In this document: positions 49,985 to 59,344 of the stretch, one piece after another
Layout: each line of letters starts with the position of its first letter
Position numbering within the stretch: position 1 is the first letter of the stretch
From: Cyanophyceae cyanobacterium
GTDB taxonomy: Bacteria; Cyanobacteriota; Cyanobacteriia; Cyanobacteriales; JBHJGN01
Length of the DNA stretch: 64,000 nucleotides
Assembly: GCA_050331735.1 (NCBI GenBank)
Contig: JBHJGN010000049.1
Coordinates: 1-64,000, forward strand
Reading direction: 5' to 3'
Translations under genes and position numbers: made by a program
Notes under the pieces: generated by a model
Told to the model about the DNA's origin: nothing
What the model saw: the letters and a program-made list of their open reading frames with translations, nothing else
The model's database searches: none

Positions 49985-51811
49985 TTAGTGCTTCGATCCG
50001 GGGCTGGGGGAGAGTTGCCGGAATACCGCCTCGACCTCAGCTTGCAAATGCAAAAACTCGGCTTTATTCTGAGGATTTTCGCTCCAGTCCTCAACAACAT
50101 TCAGAGTGCCGTTGAGAAATCCAGAGAGACAGGCGTACCGCTGAATTTTGCCGCTGGTTGTCCTTGGAATACTGCCAGTTTTCACGAGGACGGTGGCGTA
50201 AACCTTCAGATCGTGCTGCACGTTGACAGCTCGACGAATACTATCAACGACGTCTTTCACGTTGAGCTTGCGGAGGTAGCTGCGCTTCACTTCCTGCACA
50301 ATGACCAACCGTTCTGTCCCTTTAATGGCTGCGGCAACCGCTGCCCCACAGTTGGGTCGTAGGGCGGGATGACTGTTCTCAACCGTTAGCTCAATATCTT
50401 GGGGATAGTGGTTTTGCCCGCGAATAATGATGACATCCTTAATTCTGCCAGTGATGAATAGCTCGTCATTTCGTAAAAATCCGAGGTCTCCAGTCCGCAG
50501 AAACGGTCCTGCTCCCGTGGCTAGATGAGCCTGAAAATCCCGCTGGGTTGCGTCGGGGCGTTGCCAATAGCCCTGGGCCACGCTCGGTCCCGCGACCCAG
50601 ATTTCTCCCACTTGGTTTGCCGGACTCGGCATCAACGTGTCGGGGTCAACGATCAGGAGGTTTTGGTCCGTTAAGCTCCGACCGCAGCCAACGAGGGCTT
50701 GGCTCTCTGGGGCAGTGCTTAGTACTACTTGGTCTTGCTCGAGGGCCGCTCTCTCTACCGAGCAAATGACGGGCGGCGCCGTTTTTTCTCCGCCAGAGAC
50801 GATCAAAGTCGCCTCTGCCATGCCATAGCAGGGATAAAAAGCTTCTTTGCGGAAGCCGCAGGGCGCAAACGTAGTCGCAAAGTTTTCTAGGGTTTGAGCG
50901 CGAACGGGTTCAGCCCCAACAAACGCTACCTCCCAACTGCTCAGGTCCAGACTTGCGCGCTGCTGAGCAGTAATTTTACGCACACAGTAATCGTAAGCAA
51001 AATTAGGAGCACCGCTGATCGTTGCTTGAAGGCGAGAGATAGCCTGAAGCCACCGGAGCGGTTTTTGCAGAAAATCTACGGACGACATCAGGGTGACGGG
51101 AAATCCGGCGTAGAGGGGCTGCAGTAATCCGCCGATCAAGCCCATATCGTGGTAAGGCGGCAGCCAGATTACTCCCTGAGTCGAGGGTGAATGAGCAAAG
51201 TACTGTTCGATGAGGTTGAGGTTGTGCATGAGGTTGCGGTGACTCACCATCACCCCCTTTGGCGTTCCCGTTGAACCCGAGGTGTATTGCAAAAACGCAA
51301 TCTCGGATTTGCGGGGTTTTGCTTCCCAAGTTCCTGCCTCGTGGGGGGTGAGGTGAGCTGTCGTCAGCCAACGCAGTTTCGCTAACTCTGAATTTTCGGG
51401 AAACCACCGCTCTATACTGGTAAATAATGAGGGTGTGGTGAGAGCAACAACCGCCTGAGCATCGCCGAGAATGGCCTCCAGCCTAGCTAAGTTTTGATTG
51501 CGGCGAGGCGGATAAGCCGGAGTAGCGATCGCTCCGGCATACAAACACCCAAAGAAAGCCGCAATAAACTCTAACCCAGACGGATACAGCAGCAAGACTG
51601 GTTTTCCGGTCGCGCCGGCTTCGAGAAGAGCGGCGGCGATCGCTCGAGCCTGTTCGTCTAATTCTCCATAGGTCAGTTTCCCAACCTCTTCTCCCTGCTG
51701 CAAAAATACATAAGTTTTTTGGTCGGGCTGACTCTGCGCTCGAGCGCGCAGTACGTCTACTAAACTCCCGACGGGCTTGCCTGGGCGCGAATAGTCGCAA
51801 TAAGCCGTCAT
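49985..51811 (-). CDS. Fatty acyl-AMP ligase (FAAL)
   Basis: 'FLQYTSGSTGTPKGV', 'WLPPYHDMGLIG', 'YGMAEATL', FAAL-type insertion, 'LRTGDLGF', 'IPRTTSGKIQR'. Confidence 0.93.
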   Translation of the reverse strand: MTAYCDYSRPGKPVGSLVDVLRARAQSQPDQKTYVFLQQGEEVGKLTYGELDEQARAIAAALLEAGATGKPVLLLYPSGLEFIAAFFGCLYAGAIATPAYPPRRNQNLARLEAILGDAQAVVALTTPSLFTSIERWFPENSELAKLRWLTTAHLTPHEAGTWEAKPRKSEIAFLQYTSGSTGTPKGVMVSHRNLMHNLNLIEQYFAHSPSTQGVIWLPPYHDMGLIGGLLQPLYAGFPVTLMSSVDFLQKPLRWLQAISRLQATISGAPNFAYDYCVRKITAQQRASLDLSSWEVAFVGAEPVRAQTLENFATTFAPCGFRKEAFYPCYGMAEATLIVSGGEKTAPPVICSVERAALEQDQVVLSTAPESQALVGCGRSLTDQNLLIVDPDTLMPSPANQVGEIWVAGPSVAQGYWQRPDATQRDFQAHLATGAGPFLRTGDLGFLRNDELFITGRIKDVIIIRGQNHYPQDIELTVENSHPALRPNCGAAVAAAIKGTERLVIVQEVKRSYLRKLNVKDVVDSIRRAVNVQHDLKVYATVLVKTGSIPRTTSGKIQRYACLSGFLNGTLNVVEDWSENPQNKAEFLHLQAEVEAVFRQLSPSPGSKH

Positions 51812-51841
51812 ATTTTACTCCTAAAAATTTTGCAGAAGCCT

Positions 51842-51865
51842 CTCAGCAAGCGCAAGCTTGCTGAG
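51842..51865. promoter_or_regulatory. 10-bp perfect hairpin ~30 nt upstream of the FAAL start
   Basis: CTCAGCAAGC-GCAA-GCTTGCTGAG. Confidence 0.5.
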
Positions 51866-52743
51866 GGCCACTGACAGCGGACTTAGTTCCTGCTACGGTT
51901 GCGTGGCCGAGCTAAGCGCTCCCCTTCTGCTTGACCTAGCCCAGCGAGCTTCCGGGTTTTCTCTGACGAAAGTACCCTAGAACCAGTTACTACTACCACC
52001 CTAGTGATTTTGCCGCTGCCGGCCCATAAATCGCCAGCACAACGTTTCGCTGCCTGAGTCGTGTTCCAGTGGGAAAAACAGCAAGGCTCAGGGTTAGCCA
52101 GAGAAAGGCAGCTACGTTGGCTCTAACCAATTAGAATTTTCAGATGAACCGCCGACTGCTTTTGCGTTTGTAGCTCTTCATCAGCAGTGGGCTCCTGAGG
52201 ATTGGCGATATAATCGTGACCAATCACTCATAAACAAGTTACTTATTAGCAACCGAAAATATGGCATAATGGCATCATCTCCGTTTGTATGTGCTTCAAG
52301 GGTGCTACATTCGGGGACATATGCCTAGGTTCAGTGGTACCAGCACTGAGCTTAGGCGCATCCACGATATTGTATTTCTGACGCAGAGCGGGTGTCTGTA
52401 CGTTATACGACTAAACAACTTCTTGGTAGTGTATTAGCTTTAGTTCTAAACTCTAACCCGAGCTAAAGCAATTGAGTTCCAAGATAATATTGTTGCCATT
52501 CTAAAGACTAGTCTACCGAGCTCAGCTAAGGCAATTTGTATCTCCGTAAACACTTTACCAAAACTTTAAACAAGCGGAAAAGAAAAGCTGAGTAGCGGTT
52601 CAGGCCACCGGAAAAGGCTTGGATGAAAAACGGTGGGTTTAAATTAAAAATAGAGCAAAATTGGCTTTCAGGAGTCTTTCTCTAGGTAGAACTTATCCAA
52701 ATGACGCCAGCAACTCGCCGAGAACAAAGGCGTGTCACTGTCG

Positions 52744-53802
52744 CTAAGAATCAGTAAACACCTTTAAAGACTGGGGATTAACCACTAACCGGACGGATAT
52801 TCCTTCTGGTAGACGGATGTTTGCGGTCGTCCGAGCATACAGATGTTTGCCAGACGGAATTTCTAGGCAGTAGCGGTACTCTCTTCCTAAAAACTGCCGC
52901 TCTACAATTCGGACAGGCGAGGAATCGTCGGGGATGAGAACGATATCTTCTTGACGAAGCATCAGCTCACTATCTTTGCTGCCATTGAGGTGACTGGCTG
53001 TTGGCAGGAGCCACTCTCCGAGCTCAGTTTGCCAGCGCTCACCGGAGCGGGTAGCGGTCAGAAAATTAGCTCCGGTGACAAATTCAGCGACAAATCGAGA
53101 AGTAGGATGGGCATACAGCTCTTCTGGCGTACCAATTTGCTCAATTCTTCCCTGGCGCATCACGGCAACGCGATCGGAAATAGCGAGAGCTTCTTCGCGA
53201 TCGTGAGTGACAAAAATAGCCGAAGTATGAGCCGCTTTGAGAATGCGGCGCACTTCCTGGCGGAGTCGCTGACGCACCTGAACGTCCAAATTACTGAGTG
53301 GTTCATCCAGCAGCATCATGGCTGGCTGAGGCGCTAAAGCTCTGGCGAGGGCGACTCGCTGTTGCTGACCCCCCGATAGCTGATGAGGATATCGCTTTTC
53401 TAGCTCAGACAAACCAACCAAAGCAAGCACTTCAGCCACCCGCTTCTGCTTCTGCTGAGCGCTGCCCCGCAGTCCAAACGCGATATTGCGAGCGACAGTT
53501 AAGTGGGGAAAGAGAGCATAATCTTGAAACACCATGCCAGTATGACGTTTTTCTGGAGGAACCCACCTGTGAGCGCTAGAGACGATCTGTCCGGCTAACT
53601 GAACGGTTCCGGCAGAGGGATGCTCAAATCCGGCTAGAATTCTGAGTAAGGTCGTCTTGCCACAGCCTGATGGTCCGAGCAGCCCCAGCAATTCTCCCTG
53701 ATTGAGGGTCAAGCTAACGTTGTCCAGCGCAGGAGCCGCAGGAGCCGCGAATTTTTTAGTAATGTTCTCCAAATAAAGAAGTGCTGGTTGTGTCATGCCC
53801 AT
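52744..53802 (-). CDS. ABC transporter ATP-binding protein, FutC/FbpC (Fe3+)-like
   Basis: Walker A 'GPSGCGKT', 'FQDYALFPH', signature 'LSGGQQQ', 'LLDEP', 'VTHD'; C-terminal TOBE-like region; substrate is inferred. Confidence 0.85.
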   Translation of the reverse strand: MGMTQPALLYLENITKKFAAPAAPALDNVSLTLNQGELLGLLGPSGCGKTTLLRILAGFEHPSAGTVQLAGQIVSSAHRWVPPEKRHTGMVFQDYALFPHLTVARNIAFGLRGSAQQKQKRVAEVLALVGLSELEKRYPHQLSGGQQQRVALARALAPQPAMMLLDEPLSNLDVQVRQRLRQEVRRILKAAHTSAIFVTHDREEALAISDRVAVMRQGRIEQIGTPEELYAHPTSRFVAEFVTGANFLTATRSGERWQTELGEWLLPTASHLNGSKDSELMLRQEDIVLIPDDSSPVRIVERQFLGREYRYCLEIPSGKHLYARTTANIRLPEGISVRLVVNPQSLKVFTDS

Positions 53803-54195
53803 ACCGTATTCAAAACCACCGGCTCAAACCTCACCGGCTAACTAGCTATTAAGCTCGAACAACCTTTACTGACCAATAGAGGTAGCCTGTGGCTATCGAG
53901 ACTGCCTAATACTATCCTTAGCAGATTTTGGTAGCTGCTTTAAGCAAGTTCAAGATCAGGAACACTCAGCAGAAATTAAGCCGGTTGATTTAAGGTTCAA
54001 TAGAATAGCAACTCGCTGTTCGCTAATCTGCTTGAGGACGCTGTGGCAGTGATTGCACGACCGGAGAAAATAGTATCCGCTATTGTCTGAGAAGCCGTTA
54101 GCCACAGCTTGAACGGAGAGCTTTAGCCCGAATAGCTTACAGCTCGTTGCTTTTTGAGCTTAGCTCCCGCTCAGGATTCTCGTGGAGCTCCCCAT

Positions 54196-54239
54196 TTTTG
54201 GTAAATTTGACTATAATATTATGGTAAGAATAACTATAA
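54196..54239. promoter_or_regulatory. Two tandem NrtR-like operators upstream of nadA
   Basis: TTTTGGTAAATTTGACTATAA (54196-54216) and TTATGGTAAGAATAACTATAA (54219-54239) fit the 21-bp TTxTxGT-N7-ACTATAA palindrome; each overlaps a TATAAT. Confidence 0.75.
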
Positions 54240-54269
54240 TTAGCTCACAGTAACGCTTTATCTCTGCCA

Positions 54270-55229
54270 GTGTTTACAACCGTCCTTCCTCAATCTGAAT
54301 CACTAATGCCTCGCGATCTCTCGAGCGCGATTGACGCTCTTAAGCAAGAGCTAAAGGCAGTCGTCTTGGCTCACTACTACCAAGATCCCGACATTCAAGA
54401 TATTGCTGATTACATTGGTGATTCCCTCGGTCTTTCTCAGCAAGCAGCGGCAACAGACGCGGATGTTATTGTCTTTGCGGGAGTACACTTCATGGCAGAA
54501 ACCGCTAAAATTCTTAACCCTCATAAACTGGTGCTGCTGCCGGATTTAGAGGCAGGCTGCTCCTTGGCCGATAGCTGTCCTCCTGATGAGTTTGCGGCGT
54601 TCAAGGCGGCTCATCCGGGACATCTGGTAGTGTCTTACATCAACTGCTCCGCCCAAATCAAGGCGATGAGCGATATTATCTGTACCAGCTCTAACGCTGT
54701 TAAGATTGTCAACCAAATTCCTCCAGACCAGCCGATTATTTTTGCCCCTGACAGGAATTTGGGCCGCTACGTCATGCAGCAAACCGGGCGAGATTTAGTG
54801 TTGTGGTCCGGTAGCTGTATTGTTCACGAAACGTTTTCAGAGAAGAAAATAGTTTTACTAAAGATGGAGTATCCTGAGGCAGAAGTCGTCGCTCACCCCG
54901 AATGCGAACCGGCTGTCCTGCGTCACGCTAGCTACATTGGCTCTACCACGGCCTTGCTCAGATACTGCCAGCAAAGCCCCAGCGAATCATTTATTGTGGC
55001 GACCGAGCCAGGAATTATCCACCAAATGCAGAAAGAAGCCCCCCGAAAACGTTTTATTCCCGCTCCACCAACCAATAGCTGCAATTGCAACGAGTGTCCC
55101 TATATGCGGCTTAATACCCTCGAAAAGCTCTACCTGGCTATGAAAAATCGCTCGCCGGAAATCCAAATGGAGGAAGAGGTGCGAGTTGCCGCTCTGCGTC
55201 CTATTCAGAGAATGCTCGAGCTATCTTAA
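54270..55229 (+). CDS. nadA: Quinolinate synthase
   Basis: 'LAHYYQ', 'GDSL', 'AGCSLA', 'YINCSA', 'GSCIVH', 'AHPEC', 'CPYM'. Confidence 0.97.
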   Translation: MFTTVLPQSESLMPRDLSSAIDALKQELKAVVLAHYYQDPDIQDIADYIGDSLGLSQQAAATDADVIVFAGVHFMAETAKILNPHKLVLLPDLEAGCSLADSCPPDEFAAFKAAHPGHLVVSYINCSAQIKAMSDIICTSSNAVKIVNQIPPDQPIIFAPDRNLGRYVMQQTGRDLVLWSGSCIVHETFSEKKIVLLKMEYPEAEVVAHPECEPAVLRHASYIGSTTALLRYCQQSPSESFIVATEPGIIHQMQKEAPRKRFIPAPPTNSCNCNECPYMRLNTLEKLYLAMKNRSPEIQMEEEVRVAALRPIQRMLELS

Positions 55230-55407
55230 CTCAGCGATCAGTTGTCGGTTTAGCTAATCGCTTGCTTACTGGTCACTGTTACATCAATTCAGAGTGGGGA
55301 ATGTCCCCTTTAGGAAAGCTGGGAAGAGCAAAGCTCGCAATTGGGCTGTTGACAACAGAGGCACAAACCGATTGTTGCTCTTTGCCCTTTCCCCGTCACG
55401 GAGCGAC

Positions 55408-56127
55408 TTATTTCATCCCCTCCCCTGCGGCGGCGTCTAACAGCCACCACAGTTCTCCTTGAGGCTGCACCAAGCGCGCGGGGTAGGCGCGCTCGTCTGC
55501 GGCAGCAGCAAAAATTTGCTGGAGCGCTGAGCGTTTGTTGGCTCCCGACACGATAAAAATGACGCAACGAGCCTGATTCAGCAGGGGAACCGTAAACGTA
55601 ATCCGGGGTTGACCCTCTTTGTGGCCCACCGTCACCAGGCGATCGCGGACGGCCAAAGCTTCAGTATGAGGGAATAGCGAGGCGGTATGGCCATCGTCAC
55701 CAAGACCGAGCAAAATCATGTCGAAGGCTGGCACCTCGCCTTCAGAGGTCTTAAAAGTCTGGCGCAGTTCCCTCTCGTACTGTTCCGCGTCTGCTTCCGG
55801 CGACGCTGCCCCCGTTGGCACCGGGTGAACGTTGGCGCTGGGAATAGAAACTCGATTGAGCCAAGCCTGACGCGCCATCTTTTGGTTGCTGTCGGCATGC
55901 TCGGCGCTGACGTAGCGTTCGTCTCCCCAAAATACCTGCACTTTTTCCCAGGGTAACGACTGCTCTGCTAGAGCTTCATAGAGGGGTTTGGGAGTACTCC
56001 CTCCTGCAAGAGCGATGGTGCATTCTCCCCGTTCTTGGATAGCTGCCTGGACTTTTTCAATGACAACCGCCAGCGATCGCTCAATCAGAGCATTTTTGTC
56101 TGGGAGAACCTCAACTTGTTGATTCAT
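55408..56127 (-). CDS. pgl: 6-phosphogluconolactonase
   Basis: 'LAGGSTP', 'WGDERYV', 'LLGLGDDGHTASLFP', 'RITFT'. Confidence 0.96.
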   Translation of the reverse strand: MNQQVEVLPDKNALIERSLAVVIEKVQAAIQERGECTIALAGGSTPKPLYEALAEQSLPWEKVQVFWGDERYVSAEHADSNQKMARQAWLNRVSIPSANVHPVPTGAASPEADAEQYERELRQTFKTSEGEVPAFDMILLGLGDDGHTASLFPHTEALAVRDRLVTVGHKEGQPRITFTVPLLNQARCVIFIVSGANKRSALQQIFAAAADERAYPARLVQPQGELWWLLDAAAGEGMK

Positions 56128-56427
56128 CTTCTATTCGACTCTTTTGTATTCCTACTGATAGCATGGACGAAAAATCTTAATTAATTATGGTGCTGTCGAT
56201 GAAAAACTGATCAAAACTTAGCGTTTAAGCAGGCATTGACCCAGGAAGCCATCTAAGTCCCTGTAGTTCTTGAATCAGTCAATATATTGCTCCTCTTCCT
56301 GGCTGTAGTGCATGGGCGACGATGCCGTTTTTCTCAATTATTTTGCCCTCAGAGATTAAAATGTGATCTCGCCAGGGAAAACTAAACTAACAAAAAAGCT
56401 TATTCTTTTACTCAGTGACAGATAGCT

Positions 56428-57225
56428 ATGAACACCCCCTCTCCTGTTTCCTCCTATACATCGTTATGCCTAAAGCTAGTCGGAGCGATTTTGATTCTTT
56501 CTTCACTCATTGACTACCTTGCTTTAGCAATTCCCTTTAATGCTTTAGACTCTGATTGGCAAATCAACTTTACCACTCAAATTGTCGATCGAGGAATTGT
56601 TCCGCTGGTGGGCATTATTTTTCTCCTCATCGGCTACTGGATCGACAGCAGCGTTAACACCGGAGGCAAATCTCTTGACCTTAGAGTACCCGTTTTTGTG
56701 CTCGCTAGTTTTTTGGGTCTGTTATTTCTTCTGTTAGTGCCTTTGCATCTCAATAATCTTCGCGTCGCCAGCAGTAATGTGATTGAACAAATCGAGCAAG
56801 GAGCTGGCGAAGCGGAAACGCGAATTCAAAGTCAGTTTAATCAGCTTAATGCTCTATCTCAAGACCCGCAACGTCTGCAACAGCTCAACCAACAGCTAGC
56901 ACAAATTGATCAGGCTCTCAGCAGCGGTCAATTTCAGGGACAGCCGCTGCAAGCCGAGCAGCGCCAGCAGCTTCAGCAAACCAGAACTCAGCTCCAAAAT
57001 CTCCGCGAGCTATCTCAAAATCCAGAAGCGCTTGAAGCCAGACTGACTGAACTTCAGGTTCAGCTCCAAGACCAAAAGCTCGAACGGGAAAATCGCGCTA
57101 GAACAGAAGCACTTAAGCAAGGTTTGCGGATTGGCTTAAGTAGCTTGATGCTGGCTATCGGTTACATTGCCGTAGGGTGGCTCGGGTTACGCGGTCTCAG
57201 TCGCTCCAAACCCGCTCGTCGCTGA
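56428..57225 (+). CDS. HpsJ-family membrane protein
   Basis: Three N-terminal TM helices with 'WQINFTTQIVDRGIVPLVG', Q-rich coiled coil, C-terminal TM; usual neighbour of DUF502-nusB-ftsY in cyanobacteria. Confidence 0.75.
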   Translation: MNTPSPVSSYTSLCLKLVGAILILSSLIDYLALAIPFNALDSDWQINFTTQIVDRGIVPLVGIIFLLIGYWIDSSVNTGGKSLDLRVPVFVLASFLGLLFLLLVPLHLNNLRVASSNVIEQIEQGAGEAETRIQSQFNQLNALSQDPQRLQQLNQQLAQIDQALSSGQFQGQPLQAEQRQQLQQTRTQLQNLRELSQNPEALEARLTELQVQLQDQKLERENRARTEALKQGLRIGLSSLMLAIGYIAVGWLGLRGLSRSKPARR

Positions 57226-57466
57226 ACCCTGGTCAGTTTAGGGCCGGATGAGGAAGGGGGAACGGAGAAAATGTCGCTCCGCGACGGGAAAACAGAGAGC
57301 TCAGGCCTGAGCTTGGTAATTCCTTCTTTTCTCCCGCGCCTCCGGCGCTTTTCCTTACCTGCACCCGCGGTGCATCCCCAACCGAGAGTAAAATGTAAAG
57401 TAGAATGCCAAAGCCCAACAAATCTACCCAGTTCTGAGCTAAATTAGAGATATGGGGATCTTTGTC

Positions 57467-57496
57467 TTGTCAAGATTTGCAATGATTCTTTACAAT
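57467..57496 (+). promoter_or_regulatory. Putative sigma70-type promoter
   Basis: TTGTCA (57467-57472), 18 nt, TACAAT (57491-57496); predicted start ~57503. Confidence 0.5.
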
Positions 57497-57510
57497 AAGC
57501 ACAACGAGTG

Positions 57511-57666
57511 GTTAACGGCAGAATTTAACTTGCTAAACGCAGTCCCCCGAACTTGTTCCGGGAGCCAAACTGGCCGCGCCGAACTTTCCTACCGATTCTC
57601 GGCAGGAATCTGGCGGGCGTGAACGTTTTGGTTCAGCTACAGACAGCAGCTAGTTTTGCCGTCAGC
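57511..57666 (+). ncRNA. Candidate structured ncRNA or 5' leader, family not assigned
   Basis: Ends pair 14/15 (GTTAACGGCAGAATT with AGTTTTGCCGTCAGC; G-U pairs favour the + strand) and enclose four internal hairpins; no ORF; directly after the promoter-like motif. Confidence 0.55.
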
Positions 57667-57741
57667 AACGCGACAATCGTTTTGCTGTCGTTAGGCCAAT
57701 CCCAAAAACAGTAGCAAGACGATACTCATCAACCATAACGT

Positions 57742-58503
57742 ATGGAGAAACTGTCTTCTGTGCTCCAACGCCTCAAGCAAGATTTCAAAAACGACCTGAT
57801 AGCGGGACTGTTAGTCGTAATTCCTTTAGCGACGACCATCTGGTTGTCGTTCACCATCGCTAACTGGGTCATTAGCTTTTTAACTCGGATTCCAAAGCAG
57901 CTCAATCCGTTTGAAGGTCTACATCCCATTCTGACGAACCTGCTGAACATTGGAGTCGGGCTCACGGTTCCTTTGCTGTTTATTTTGCTAATTGGTTTAA
58001 TGGCCCGAAATATCGTCGGTCAGTGGCTGTTAGACTTCGGCGAGAAATTTTTGCAGGCGATTCCTTTAGCGGGTTCGGTTTACAAAACGCTAAAGCAAAT
58101 TTTAGAGACCCTACTCAAGGACTCGAAAAGTAAGTTTCGTCGCGTGGTGATGGTGGAGTATCCGCGCCGGGGAATCTGGACCCTTGGTTTTGTCACTGGA
58201 ACGCTCAGCGGTCAGCTTCAGTCCCATCTATCCAAGCCGATGTTGAGTATTTTTATTCCCACGACTCCCAACCCAACTTCAGGATGGTATGCCATTATAC
58301 CGGAAGATGATGTAATTACGCTTTCTATTTCCATTGAGGATGCCTTTAAGGTGTTGATCTCTGGAGGCATCGTCAGCCCCCTTGCCACTCCTTCAGTTCC
58401 CATTTCTCTTCCCAGAGGATACAAAGACAAGCAGCTCCAAAAGCTTCCTTTGGATGCGGCCTCGGAGGAGCGGCAGAGAGTGCCTCTAGAAGAAGACGCT
58501 TAG
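57742..58503 (+). CDS. DUF502 domain membrane protein
   Basis: '[14 protein letters not shown]', 'YKTLKQ', 'VEYPRRG', '[12 protein letters not shown]', 'ISGG'. Confidence 0.9.
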   Translation: MEKLSSVLQRLKQDFKNDLIAGLLVVIPLATTIWLSFTIANWVISFLTRIPKQLNPFEGLHPILTNLLNIGVGLTVPLLFILLIGLMARNIVGQWLLDFGEKFLQAIPLAGSVYKTLKQILETLLKDSKSKFRRVVMVEYPRRGIWTLGFVTGTLSGQLQSHLSKPMLSIFIPTTPNPTSGWYAIIPEDDVITLSISIEDAFKVLISGGIVSPLATPSVPISLPRGYKDKQLQKLPLDAASEERQRVPLEEDA

Positions 58504-58601
58504 TCAACTCAGAAGCGAATATCAATCTCCCCTCATTGGCGCTCGGGAGATTTTTAGTCATGGGCGGGCGTACGCCTAGACTAAATCATGATGGACATAC
58601 T

Positions 58602-59228
58602 ATGCTAACTCGAAAACAACCCAGACGGATTTCTCGCGAACTGACCCTGCTGAGCTTGAGTCAAATTCGCGCTTCCGAACGGCTCGAACACCAAGAATTG
58701 AATAAATTAGTTTTAGCGGCTATTCGTACTCTCAGCAACGAAGTCCAAGAAACTCTAGAGACTGCCGCCGAGGAAGCAAAACGCGGCAGCGATCGCTTAG
58801 CGAGTAGCGAATGGGCCAGCAACGTCAACAGCGCCAGAGTCATGATTGATGAAGCCCTGGAGCTGACTCAAACAGCGATCAATCGCCTTGGAGCCGCCGT
58901 TGAGCTACCGGAACTGATTCAGCTTGCCAACCAGCAGGAAGTCCGGCAGTACGCTGTTGAGTTAATTGGTCTGGTGAAGCGCCGACGGGAGGAAATTGAT
59001 CGGCAAATTGAAGCGGCGCTCGTCGATTGGCAGTTTAGCCGTCTCCCCAAAATCGATCAGGATATTCTCCGCATCGCCGTTGCCGAAATTCTCTTCCTTG
59101 GCGTTAAAGACAAAATTGCGATCAATGAAGCGGTTGAGCTTGCCAAACGTTATTCCGATGAAGACGGTTATCGTTTTCTTAACGGAGTCTTGAGAAGAGT
59201 GATGAACCGATTAAACAGTCACCCATGA
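58602..59228 (+). CDS. nusB: Transcription antitermination factor NusB
   Basis: ATG 58602; '[15 protein letters not shown]', '[11 protein letters not shown]', 'FLNGVL'. Confidence 0.93.
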   Translation: MLTRKQPRRISRELTLLSLSQIRASERLEHQELNKLVLAAIRTLSNEVQETLETAAEEAKRGSDRLASSEWASNVNSARVMIDEALELTQTAINRLGAAVELPELIQLANQQEVRQYAVELIGLVKRRREEIDRQIEAALVDWQFSRLPKIDQDILRIAVAEILFLGVKDKIAINEAVELAKRYSDEDGYRFLNGVLRRVMNRLNSHP

Positions 59229-59344
59229 ACAGCGATCGGTTACCGGTCCTTGCCTTTACTCGTGTACTGCTAGCGGGTCACTGGTAACTGTCAAGTTTGT
59301 CTCGCTATAATGAAGGGCACTGCCCCTCACGCCGATTGTCATTA

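Noticed and set aside
35347..51811. Cylindrocyclophane or bartoloside cluster
   Set aside because: No type III PKS, HMG-CoA-synthase cassette or DarAB-type resorcinol-forming genes, so no aromatic nucleophile is encoded here
52538..52553. NtcA-like site GTA-N8-AAC (a similar one lies near 61149)
   Set aside because: Does not match the TAC half-site, and such near-matches are expected by chance
54030..54190. Riboswitch between the ABC ATPase and nadA (GCTGTGGC...GCCACAGC inverted repeat)
   Set aside because: Only an 8-bp stem; no conserved cobalamin, TPP or other aptamer motifs recognised
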